A DNA stretch of 64,000 nucleotides, taken from positions 64,001 through 128,000 of IMG/VR virus record IMGVR_UViG_3300047159_000056. The stretch is one strand, 5' to 3'. The notes under the pieces were generated by a model. The model did not search any database and was not told the DNA's origin. It was given only the letters and a program-made list of their open reading frames with translations. Shown piece after piece: positions 9,637 through 18,030 of this stretch (position 1 is its first letter; every line of letters starts with the position of its first letter). Both the position numbers and the translations under genes were made by a program. The DNA is from a virus. Lineage: Duplodnaviria; Caudoviricetes.

Positions 9637-10041
9637 ATGACTTTAGAAAATTTAGATCTAGATAAATTAGTTAGCCTAAGAGAAGAATTAGCATATCTTA
9701 GTAAATATAAGTCAGCAGAAACCCTACTTGATAAGGTTTCGGAAATTATTAAGAAAAAGAAATGCTATCTAGAAAGTCTAATAAACAATTATTATAAAGC
9801 TACAAGTAGAGGAAGAATAAACTATTACTATATAAAGTCAATCAATATATCTAAAATAGGAAAAATAAAGATTGACTATAATTTTGCCTCTTATAATAGA
9901 TCAACAGGAAAATATACTCTAGAGGAAACAGAAAAATTAATAGTTAAAGGAAATAACTTAATGATATCTGGTACAAATTCTTCTTGTATACCAATAACTA
10001 AAAAGCATTGGGATAGAGTGAATCAAAGTTTTTGCCATTGA
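9637..10041 (+). CDS. Hypothetical protein
   Basis: 134-aa ORF. Confidence 0.75.
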   Translation: MTLENLDLDKLVSLREELAYLSKYKSAETLLDKVSEIIKKKKCYLESLINNYYKATSRGRINYYYIKSINISKIGKIKIDYNFASYNRSTGKYTLEETEKLIVKGNNLMISGTNSSCIPITKKHWDRVNQSFCH

Positions 10042-10055
10042 CTTAGTGTACCATA

Positions 10056-10069
10056 CCTTATAATTGAAA
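10056..10069 (+). promoter_or_regulatory. Putative promoter element CCTTA-N4-TGWA
   Basis: ccttataattgaaa. Confidence 0.5.
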
Positions 10070-10105
10070 TGTATATGGTTGTGTATTTAATAAATTTTAA
10101 AGTAA

Positions 10106-11029
10106 ATGATAGAAAATTATAATGTAAAATTAGTTAGAAGTGGTTATTATCGAAGTGGTTATAGATTATATATACCAATTAAGATCTCTTGGAATCTTGA
10201 TAAACTAAAGGATTATATATGTGGCTATTATTCTTATTGGAGACTGCCAGAAGAAACTAAAGCAGATAGATCATATTTTCTTATCTGTGGAGCTAATGAT
10301 ACAGTATGCCCTAAGAATAACCTAAGATATTCTAGTTCCTTTAACTTTGCTGAATTTGATTATTATAAATTCATTGGTGGTGATCTTAGCAGTGATACAA
10401 ATGAAAACTCTATTCTTCTTAATTGGAATAAAAATCTAAAGAGACTAATAGAGGATGAGGAAATAATGAATGTGTGGTTTTCTAATAGTGGAAATTCTAT
10501 AACTACAATAAACTATATGAGTGTAGTAGTTCCTAGAATTGAAAGCAAAAAAGATACTATTTATTTAGAAAATCATAAAGAAGTGTACGATGCTTTTGAT
10601 TCTTTATATCAGGATACTCTAACAGATGAACAACTTAGAGAGGTCTTAATTGCCTTATATGGTGGCTATAATACTTCTAGAGATATTGGATTATTCTCTT
10701 TCTCCGCATTAGATAATTATTCTGGAGATAGACATTTTAAAATTACAGGACCTAAAGTTAAATTTAAGGGATATTGTACAAGAAGTATAGATAATGTTCC
10801 CTTAGATATAACAGGAGACTTAAGAACAGAATTAGGACATAGATTCTTTGATTACACTACTTCTGATTCTAGGATAAATTCAAGGATTAATATAAAAGAG
10901 TCTAAATTAGTTAAGAGAGACTCATTTTCAATACAGCAAAGGGAGGTATGTTATGGTGCACTTAGTAGATTCTTAGATATATCAGAACAAAGAATAGATA
11001 GAAGGGCAATGTATTCAGAATATGATTAA
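10106..11029 (+). CDS. Hypothetical protein, paralogue family member 5
   Basis: MIENY...LYIPIKISWNLDKLKDYI...VPLDIT...MYSEYD. Confidence 0.8.
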   Translation: MIENYNVKLVRSGYYRSGYRLYIPIKISWNLDKLKDYICGYYSYWRLPEETKADRSYFLICGANDTVCPKNNLRYSSSFNFAEFDYYKFIGGDLSSDTNENSILLNWNKNLKRLIEDEEIMNVWFSNSGNSITTINYMSVVVPRIESKKDTIYLENHKEVYDAFDSLYQDTLTDEQLREVLIALYGGYNTSRDIGLFSFSALDNYSGDRHFKITGPKVKFKGYCTRSIDNVPLDITGDLRTELGHRFFDYTTSDSRINSRINIKESKLVKRDSFSIQQREVCYGALSRFLDISEQRIDRRAMYSEYD

Positions 11030-11672
11030 AAAATATGAAGTCATTATAGATACTGTGAGATTTGAATTTTGGATAAAGCTAAAATTTCATTGGGATCTAA
11101 GTAAGCTAGGAAATATTTTATCAATTGGAAGACAGTCCACTACGTCATTCTATAGAGCTATTAGAAGATCCGATAGTAAAGATATAGAAAAATATATGAA
11201 AAATTCTAGAGCTAGATTTTCTATATATCTAAATCCTACTAATAAACTAGATGATTTTGCTAGCTTAGAAGAATGTATTTGTTCTGAAAATGCAATAACT
11301 ACTGCTAATTATCTATATATGCCCATTAGACTAGACTATACAGAGGGTCTAACTCTAATGACTGGCTTATATCAAAGGAATGGTAACAAAATTATGGAAC
11401 AATTACAAAAAGCCGAATTTTGTTTTAAACCTTTCTGTATAAGTGGAACTAAGTATGAAATTAAACCCAGTGATTCAGATCTATATATCCTTAACATGGA
11501 AATGGATTTAGGAAAAACTGTATTAATTAGTAGTCTGCCAAGTAATGTAAAAAATTATATATATGTATTTTTAAAGTTGAATGAAAATCCGGAAAGAGGA
11601 ATATATTCAGAAATGGAAGAGGAATTTAAAGATGATTTTTCTTCTTTAGGACCAAACTATTTATATATATGA
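11022..11672 (+). CDS. Hypothetical protein, paralogue family member 6
   Basis: MIKKY...FWIKLKFHWDLSKLGNIL...MEMDLG...IYSEME. Confidence 0.8.
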   Translation: MIKKYEVIIDTVRFEFWIKLKFHWDLSKLGNILSIGRQSTTSFYRAIRRSDSKDIEKYMKNSRARFSIYLNPTNKLDDFASLEECICSENAITTANYLYMPIRLDYTEGLTLMTGLYQRNGNKIMEQLQKAEFCFKPFCISGTKYEIKPSDSDLYILNMEMDLGKTVLISSLPSNVKNYIYVFLKLNENPERGIYSEMEEEFKDDFSSLGPNYLYI

Positions 11673-12403
11673 GCAACAAAAAATATAATGTTAGGTTTAT
11701 GTGGCAGGCTAATGATTTGATGCTTAGTAGTAATGTAATATATCCCGCCATGTTTAATATGAGTGTTGAGCTAGAATTTCACTGGAACCTAGATAAAATA
11801 GAGGACATAGTAGGAAATAATGATAATCTAAAAATAATTAACATGGATACTGTGTCTAAAAAGGGAATAGTTTATAGCTTGATTAATAGTGAGGCTAGTA
11901 GACTAATAGATCTTACCGGATTCTGGGATACATATAAATATCCTGGAATAATAGATAAACTAGTTCTACAAGATAGTGAAAATTATATAACCACTAAGAA
12001 TATAGTTCTCTTTTCTGTTAATTTTAGATATAATGATATAGATTATTATCCCCTAGGAGGAAAAGAAATAAGTGGGGCACTTGATATTATAATTGATAAC
12101 TTATATACTGGTGATCTTATATTATGTCCTTTCTTTATTGGCGGTCCTAAGTTTAATTTCAAAAAAGAGAGTAAACTTCTTGATAATAGTAAAACTACAT
12201 CATATACTTATACCAAAGATCTTATTCCTATTGAGATTGACTTAGAAAAACAGTTAAAACTTTATAAGGAATATGAAGATAAAAAATTAGATTCTAAGAA
12301 TGGAGACTATTACCATCCATGTAAGGAAGGAATTAGAAAATTAATTCTTAGTAACCTAGAATACTCAAAAAGAAACATATCTAATTATATAGAGATGGGA
12401 TAA
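11669..12403 (+). CDS. Hypothetical protein, paralogue family member 7
   Basis: MSNKKY...VELEFHWNLDKIEDIV...IEIDLEKQL...NYIEMG. Confidence 0.8.
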   Translation: MSNKKYNVRFMWQANDLMLSSNVIYPAMFNMSVELEFHWNLDKIEDIVGNNDNLKIINMDTVSKKGIVYSLINSEASRLIDLTGFWDTYKYPGIIDKLVLQDSENYITTKNIVLFSVNFRYNDIDYYPLGGKEISGALDIIIDNLYTGDLILCPFFIGGPKFNFKKESKLLDNSKTTSYTYTKDLIPIEIDLEKQLKLYKEYEDKKLDSKNGDYYHPCKEGIRKLILSNLEYSKRNISNYIEMG

Positions 12404-12447
12404 AAATAAAAACTAGTAGACGTAAAAATCTACTAGTTATTTTTTCT
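12404..12447. terminator. Bidirectional intrinsic terminator between the convergent arms
   Basis: Perfect stem aactagtaga/tctactagtt (12411-12438) flanked by an A-tract and a T-tract. Confidence 0.8.
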
Positions 12448-12449
12448 TC

Positions 12450-13697
12450 TTAAAATATTGAAGAAGCTCCATTATCTTTTAGGGAACTTCTATTTCTTTT
12501 TTGTTTATTGTATCTCTTATATAAAGTCACCTTATCTAAATTTTTTGACCAGTAGAAAACACCATTCCATTTTCTATAATCAATCATCTTTTTTATTTTT
12601 AGTCTAAGGTTATATGATCTTTTATGTTTTAAGAACCCCAAGTAAGAATTAAGAGATCTAGTATAATATTCTGCAGTATCTATATTAATTGGAGCCATAT
12701 TAAAGTCGTGAATCATTGAATATAGGCCACCAAGAGACTGTTTACTATAATATATTCTATCAGATTTTATAACAGACCCAATAAATTTTACTCCTTTTCT
12801 ATAATTTTGTAAGTATAGCTTTTTATCATGTAATCTAAGGCCAAGATTATCTAAGAGCCATTTCTTTATAAAACTGATTCTATCTAAGATTTCTTCTTTT
12901 GTTCTACCTAAGACAAAGAAATCATCAACATATCTCCCATAATTTCCTTGAAACATAGAAGACATAAGATCATCAAAATCACTAAGATAAAAATTAGCAA
13001 AACATTGACTGGTTAAGTTTCCAATAGGTAGTCCACAATTTTGATCGCAAGTAAATAGAGATTTATCTTTATCTAATTTCTTCCACAAACTTTTTTTAGA
13101 CTTTATTCTACAATTTAAGTTAGGTCGATTAAATATTACTAGCTCTACTAACCACCTAAGTAAGTCTATATCTTTCCCTTTATACTTATCTAGGATGAAT
13201 TTATCTAGGTTATTCCAGAGAATCTTTCTATTTATCCCCATGAAAAATCCTTTAATATCAAACTTTCCTATCCAACAATCCTCTCTTGTAAAATGATCAG
13301 TAAAGGAATCTATCTTACTATATAATCTATTTACTCCATATAAGACACCTTTTTCTTTTCTACTACTATAACAATCTTCTATAAATTTATTCTCAAATAA
13401 TGGCTCAAGTCTCTGCATTATGATATGGTGAACTATTCTATCTCTGAAATCTGCTGCAAAAACTTCTCTAATTTTGGGATGTGTTACTATAAATGCTATG
13501 GACTTTCCTATTGTATAAGTCTTAGTGTTTACATCCTCCCAAAGATTAATTAAATTATTCTCATAGTTTCTTTCAAATAAGAGAGCATTTACTGTATTTC
13601 TCTTATGCTTTCTACATGACATATAAGCTTCATAAAAATCCCCGAGTGAAATTTTATCTTCACCCAGGGACATCTTCTTTTTCTTTTCTCTATTCAT
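12450..13697 (-). CDS. DGR reverse transcriptase
   Basis: PKIREVFAADFRDRIVHH, KFDIKGFF, GLPIGNLTSQCFANFYL, YGRYVDDF and GVKFIG motifs; start may be the ATG at 13673. Confidence 0.95.
   Translation of the reverse strand: MNREKKKKMSLGEDKISLGDFYEAYMSCRKHKRNTVNALLFERNYENNLINLWEDVNTKTYTIGKSIAFIVTHPKIREVFAADFRDRIVHHIIMQRLEPLFENKFIEDCYSSRKEKGVLYGVNRLYSKIDSFTDHFTREDCWIGKFDIKGFFMGINRKILWNNLDKFILDKYKGKDIDLLRWLVELVIFNRPNLNCRIKSKKSLWKKLDKDKSLFTCDQNCGLPIGNLTSQCFANFYLSDFDDLMSSMFQGNYGRYVDDFFVLGRTKEEILDRISFIKKWLLDNLGLRLHDKKLYLQNYRKGVKFIGSVIKSDRIYYSKQSLGGLYSMIHDFNMAPINIDTAEYYTRSLNSYLGFLKHKRSYNLRLKIKKMIDYRKWNGVFYWSKNLDKVTLYKRYNKQKRNRSSLKDNGASSIF
13639..13670 (-). other. 12-bp RNA hairpin 3' of TR, inside the RT 5' end
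   Basis: UCCCUGGGUGAA/UUCACUCGGGGA pairs fully (2 G-U) only on the transcribed strand; 8-nt loop. Confidence 0.55.
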
Positions 13698-13730
13698 AAT
13701 TAAAATATAACTGATTCTTTCCTATTAATA

Positions 13731-13844
13731 AGTGCAGTAAAAGCCCTAACCTTAAAACCGTTATTCTTATTGTTGTTGTTGACGTTACTGTTAGAACCTA
13801 TGTTGACGTTCCTAGCGTTGTTGCTATTATACTCTGAACTAGAC
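13731..13844 (-). repeat. DGR template repeat (TR), 114 bp
   Basis: AAC/AAT-rich; reads SSSEYNSNNARNVNIGSNSNVNNNNKNNGFKVRAFTAL; differs from VR only at adenine positions of the minus strand. Confidence 0.95.
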
Positions 13845-14059
13845 GCCACTAGAGATGTTTTGTTCTGGGGATTAAGATATAACTAGACCTATTTATTATC
13901 CAAGATCATATTCTAGATGCTACACTATACCAACATCTCAGTGAAATAATGTGACAAAAATATATCTCAAAATCTAGTACCCCAGCCTCTTATTAATATC
14001 TAAATAATTAAATATTTACTGCTTTCTCAATGAATCCGTAAACTCATTGACTCCATCAG

Positions 14060-14428
14060 CTAATCAGTATTGCCTTTCTTGATTAAACTATTTTTCCATG
14101 CAGTAGATTGTTTTCCAATAGATTCAGTTAACATAGATATTTCCCCACCTTTATTTAGACTAATCTCATGTTTCTCTATACAAATTCTAATCAAGGTTTT
14201 TACCATATTAAATTCTCTAATGAAATTTTCTGCAAAAGATATTCTATCCTCTAAGCTAGAATATTCCATATTAATTCTCATAATTAGGTCCAGTAATTCT
14301 ATAGATCTGTTTACTAAGGATTCACCTATTGTATATCTAAAAAATCTACTAAATTTCTCTGACGAATCTAAGAGAACATCTACTAGTTCCAAGGTTTTCT
14401 TATATATTGGAAGTTCTTCTGATATCAT
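14060..14428 (-). CDS. avd: DGR accessory variability determinant (Avd-like four-helix bundle)
   Basis: 122 aa, ELPIYKKTLEL...FSRFFRYTIGESL...IGKQSTAWK; lies between VR and TR. Confidence 0.85.
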   Translation of the reverse strand: MISEELPIYKKTLELVDVLLDSSEKFSRFFRYTIGESLVNRSIELLDLIMRINMEYSSLEDRISFAENFIREFNMVKTLIRICIEKHEISLNKGGEISMLTESIGKQSTAWKNSLIKKGNTD

Positions 14429-14452
14429 TTATAGTTATTTTATTTTATTATA

Positions 14453-14498
14453 AGTTAGCACCCTGGCCCTCCTTCGTCAGGCAATCAGGGCACTAACT
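14453..14498 (-). promoter_or_regulatory. Hairpin immediately 3' of the target gene (DGR homing-associated hairpin position)
   Basis: AGTTAGTGCCCTG/CAGGGTGCTAACT 13-bp stem (tandem G-T/G-U pairs) starting 7 nt after the restored stop codon; GC-rich. Confidence 0.65.
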
Positions 14499-14505
14499 GG
14501 ATTAA

Positions 14506-15596
14506 TTAAAGCGCTAAAGGGTTGAGAGCAGTAAAAGCCCTAACCTTAAAACCGAGATTCTTATCGCCGTGCTGCCGACGTAACTGGTCAGAACCTACGT
14601 GGACGACCCTAGCGCTCGCCGCTACTCAGACTCTGAACTAGACCAGAAATAATTATTCCATGGTAAGACTGCTGCGCTTGTATTTACCTTCTTCCCAGTA
14701 ACTGCAGAAAGACCATTATTTATAGCATTGTATCTAGCTAAGAGAAAAGCTAATTCTCCACATGCAGGAAGATACCAATCACCCTGAGCAGTTCCAGGAG
14801 TATTAAATCTCCAACAACACTCAGATGCAGGATAATTTCCAGCAACGTTAGTATAAGATAATGTACTAGATGTCTTCCAATCAGTTACAGTTACTTCATT
14901 TAATATTAGTTGTGTATTTTCTTTTCCACTAAAATCGGATAGAGCGTTCACAACAGACGTATCATAGTAGAGAGGGTTCTTATATCCATCTTTAGTAAAT
15001 GGACTAGGACCAAATCTATCTTCTGCACCACTAGTAACAGTAGTATCACCAGAATAATTTTTATTAGCATACTTATCACCACTAATGGGATCTGTATAGC
15101 CAGTAAAGTCAACCCTATCTGAAGGAATTCTAACCCAGTCCGTAGTACCAGTAGATTCTCCAGTTAAGGGGTTTACTTTTTTCACAGTAGTATAATTAGT
15201 AAGACCACTTATATCTTTGCTAGTATATCCCCACTGAATATTAGTATCACTCCCAGTAGAAGATGATCCAGTATCAGGTGTAGTCATAGACATATTTGGT
15301 AGACTAACTATTCTGCATACCCCATCTAAGGTAAATCTAGATGGTATGGCTATTACTCCAATTGGCACTAGGTTACTAAGTCTATACAATCCACCAGAAT
15401 AAGCTCCAGGTGAAGAGTATCTAAATAGTCCTTCAGATTTTACATAGTAGACAACATCACCAAATGTAGCAGAACAATTAGGAACTATAATAGACTTTCC
15501 TTCTACCATAGATATTCCAAAATTTGTCTTAGATGCTGCATTAGTGATAGTAGCTTTATAATCTGCTATGCTATCATAATTTTTAATGTACTTCAT
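14506..15596 (-). CDS. DGR target protein, C-type-lectin-fold receptor-binding protein; frameshifted within VR in this consensus
   Basis: WYLPACGEL...YFWSSSE motif; TR frame restores ...GFKVRAFTALNPLAL* with stop at 14506-14508; the track ORF stops early at 14622. Confidence 0.88.
14525..14643 (-). repeat. DGR variable repeat (VR), 119 bp
   Basis: Aligns end-to-end with TR; about 20 substitutions, all at TR adenines, plus 5 inserted nt at 4 AA sites. Confidence 0.95.
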
Positions 15597-15780
15597 TCTT
15601 CATTCCCAATTCATAGTTATCTGGTATATCTACTTCAACATAGTCTGAAGCTGTTTCTTTTACAATTTTACCAGATTCCAATACTTTATTATCAAGTTCT
15701 ATTACATTTCCAAAGAGTATTCCGTATTCTTTGTTCATAAATACTTTTCCTTCTTTGGCTATTAATATTTCTGCTTCCAT
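15583..15780 (-). CDS. Small tail-fibre-associated protein
   Basis: 65 aa; LIAKEGKVF resembles the N-terminus LQAKEGYYL of 18518-19120. Confidence 0.65.
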   Translation of the reverse strand: MEAEILIAKEGKVFMNKEYGILFGNVIELDNKVLESGKIVKETASDYVEVDIPDNYELGMKNEVH

Positions 15781-15784
15781 ATTA

Positions 15785-16276
15785 TCATTTTAAGAGACTT
15801 ATAAATAGTGATGTAAAGCAAGATACCTCACACCAAAATACTATATTCTTACTATCTATAGTCTCGATTAATTTTTTATTTCCTCTATTAAAGATACACC
15901 ATAAAACTATTTCCCCCGGTATGATCCAAGATAGAAGTGATATCGGTGTACCATATAAGATTACCCATAGTTGTGAAAATATTCCGCTAGTAGTTGCTCC
16001 TACTATATGAATTTTTCTCTCATATTCTCTCACCCTAGGAGCAGCACCTACTAAGAATATTCCAGAGATTGCTAGGAATGGTACTATTTGTGTTGTAGCA
16101 GCCATATCCATACACTTAGGCAAAACTAGAATACCACATACCCACATAGTAAGAGTGAATATAGGCTTCCAACCAATATAATAGTAAGAATCACTAAGAG
16201 AAGTAGGAATGCCATATTTAGTACAAACTAATGTAGTATAAGTCAGCAATATTAGTAGTGAGATTATTATTGTCAT
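15785..16276 (-). CDS. Multi-pass membrane protein
   Basis: About 5 hydrophobic segments; GIPTSLSDSYY motif. Confidence 0.75.
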   Translation of the reverse strand: MTIIISLLILLTYTTLVCTKYGIPTSLSDSYYYIGWKPIFTLTMWVCGILVLPKCMDMAATTQIVPFLAISGIFLVGAAPRVREYERKIHIVGATTSGIFSQLWVILYGTPISLLSWIIPGEIVLWCIFNRGNKKLIETIDSKNIVFWCEVSCFTSLFISLLK

Positions 16277-16836
16277 AAGTTTATTACTAGTTTATCTGGA
16301 TAACCTGTAGTATAGTCGAACTTAATTGCATCACTAATAGATTGTAATGCCTCTATATTTTTTTTATGCTCAGCTGTCTTATTAAAACAATTAAGAGCAT
16401 ATATTTCTAGACCAGCTAGGAGATTAATGACAAGATCACACTTAATGGTAAGAGGTGTACTTCCTAACCAGAGCACAGTATTTTCATAACCGGCTGACTT
16501 AAAGATATTAGTGGAGTTCATTAAGCCAACTCTTGTATTCTTATCTAGCCAAAAACTATTACCATTAATTATGAAAGAGTTAACATCTGTACTTGAATCA
16601 TAACTAGTTAATTCATTCACTAGAACTTCTTTAAATAGACTTAGAGCAGTAACATCTTCATCTTTCTGCTTAACTAGTTCTATATATTTGGAAGTATATG
16701 TAGTTTCTCCTTTATCATCTGTTGTAGCCTGAGAATCAAAATAAACCCTCCACGTGTTATATTGTCCTTCAGTCTTTAGAAGAAGTAGCTCAGTTGGTTC
16801 AGAATTAGAATAACTAAGCTTATAATTTTTTATCAT
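16273..16836 (-). CDS. DUF4376-like protein (putative tail-fibre assembly factor)
   Basis: YDSSTDVNSF...WLDKNTRVGL...LEIYALNCFNKTAEHK...YTTGYPDKL. Confidence 0.8.
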   Translation of the reverse strand: MIKNYKLSYSNSEPTELLLLKTEGQYNTWRVYFDSQATTDDKGETTYTSKYIELVKQKDEDVTALSLFKEVLVNELTSYDSSTDVNSFIINGNSFWLDKNTRVGLMNSTNIFKSAGYENTVLWLGSTPLTIKCDLVINLLAGLEIYALNCFNKTAEHKKNIEALQSISDAIKFDYTTGYPDKLVINL

Positions 16837-16850
16837 ATTATTTCATTTAA

Positions 16851-16899
16851 AAGAAAAGCTAGTAAGATATATGTTTCAATATCTACTAGCTTCTTTATT
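16851..16899 (-). terminator. Putative intrinsic terminator
   Basis: aagctagtaagatat...atatctactagctt inverted repeat, followed by a U-rich run on the minus strand. Confidence 0.6.
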
Positions 16900-17250
16900 T
16901 TATTTAGTAAAAATTGTAGTTCCACCTAACATGATCTTAGTTAGATTTTTTGTAGTAGGATCAATAACAAAATATAGTTTATTATCAGACGGACTAGTAG
17001 GCTCCGCTTCTACTATTTCTATTCCTGAACAACTAAGAGATTGAACTAAGCCTGATGTATCTAAGCTAATTTTCTTATTTGTTGTTCCACTAGGAGTTTC
17101 TATCTTAATACCATCTCCCTGTATAAGATCACTAGAATCAAATGCATTGGTATATAGATACTCCAGGGCACTCTCTATTTTCCCTAAGTTTGTAGAATTA
17201 ACTGGGGTTTTACTATCTGTCCAAATAGTTTTAGTATATGATTTCTTCAT
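16900..17250 (-). CDS. Small virion/tail-fibre-related protein
   Basis: N-terminal YTKTIW..KTPVNSTNLGKIESAL motif typical of phage fibre N-termini. Confidence 0.65.
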   Translation of the reverse strand: MKKSYTKTIWTDSKTPVNSTNLGKIESALEYLYTNAFDSSDLIQGDGIKIETPSGTTNKKISLDTSGLVQSLSCSGIEIVEAEPTSPSDNKLYFVIDPTTKNLTKIMLGGTTIFTK

Positions 17251-17262
17251 TCTTATTTCATT

Positions 17263-17634
17263 TTAAGAAGCTGTAGTCGTAGAATCAACCTCATAACCAC
17301 ATATAGCTTGACCACATAAGAGACAATCACTACATATGGAAGGAGGATACATAAATAAGTCTAAGCCAACTAATTCTAAGTCTTTCCAAACAAAAGGAGT
17401 ATCTATCCCCTCTAAGTATATTGAACTAAAACATTGACCAAACGAATTTATTCTTATCTTTATATCTTTTATTAAGTAAGTCTGCGTTTCATCATAACCA
17501 AACATAGACTTGCTAACAGATAAAGACGATACCTTAACTGACGCTCCTAGTAATTGATAATAATCCCAATTTCCTGCAGGAGAGGTTACAGCTATTCTTC
17601 TATTCTCCATCTTAGTTTTCTTCAAGTAAGTCAA
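17263..17634 (-). CDS. Hypothetical protein with C-terminal Cys cluster
   Basis: ICSDCLLCGQAICG; true start probably MENRR at about 17610. Confidence 0.7.
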   Translation of the reverse strand: MTYLKKTKMENRRIAVTSPAGNWDYYQLLGASVKVSSLSVSKSMFGYDETQTYLIKDIKIRINSFGQCFSSIYLEGIDTPFVWKDLELVGLDLFMYPPSICSDCLLCGQAICGYEVDSTTTAS

Positions 17635-18028
17635 AAGCTTTCATGATTTCTGTTGTATCATGCCAGCCAGAATTCTCAACATCACTAATAGCACGTACTA
17701 TCTTTACTGCTACATCTTTCTTACCTAAGTCTATTACTTCATCAGCACCATAACCAGAACTTTTACTAACATATCCTATATAAGCAGTAGTATTATTCTC
17801 ATTATCTGGAGCCCACCTGTTAATAATCTTCCTAATCGTATTACAACCATACTTTTTCTCGTAATTCTGTAATATCTTAATTAGAGCTCTATAACCATAA
17901 ATCATAGACTTAAATTGCTTAAATGACTTATCAGTACTGGAAATCTCTCCCTGGAAATCATCTGGACTATGCCTGATGTTACCTGGGTTATTATTCCTCA
18001 TACCTCTAGTAATTTTATCTTCACTCAT
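17612..18028 (-). CDS. Lysozyme-like ('structural protein P5'-type) putative muramidase
   Basis: RGMRNNNPGNIR...IINRWAPDNENNTTAY...VENS motif set. Confidence 0.8.
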   Translation of the reverse strand: MSEDKITRGMRNNNPGNIRHSPDDFQGEISSTDKSFKQFKSMIYGYRALIKILQNYEKKYGCNTIRKIINRWAPDNENNTTAYIGYVSKSSGYGADEVIDLGKKDVAVKIVRAISDVENSGWHDTTEIMKAFDLLEEN

Positions 18029-18030
18029 AT

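Larger units (their letters stand above)
12450..14643 (-). mobile_element. Diversity-generating retroelement core (VR-hairpin-avd-TR-RT)
   Basis: All canonical components present and co-oriented. Confidence 0.95.

Noticed and set aside
12450-13697. Group II intron or retron RT
   Set aside because: The TR/VR pair and avd identify a DGR; no maturase/endonuclease extension or msr-msd seen
13845-14059. Second TR serving the LRR array
   Set aside because: No similarity to the 78-bp unit here or elsewhere in the window
14453-14498. Hammerhead ribozyme (CUGACGA in the hairpin loop) or intrinsic terminator
   Set aside because: No downstream GAAA or three-stem core, and no U-tract on the transcribed strand; position fits the DGR post-VR hairpin
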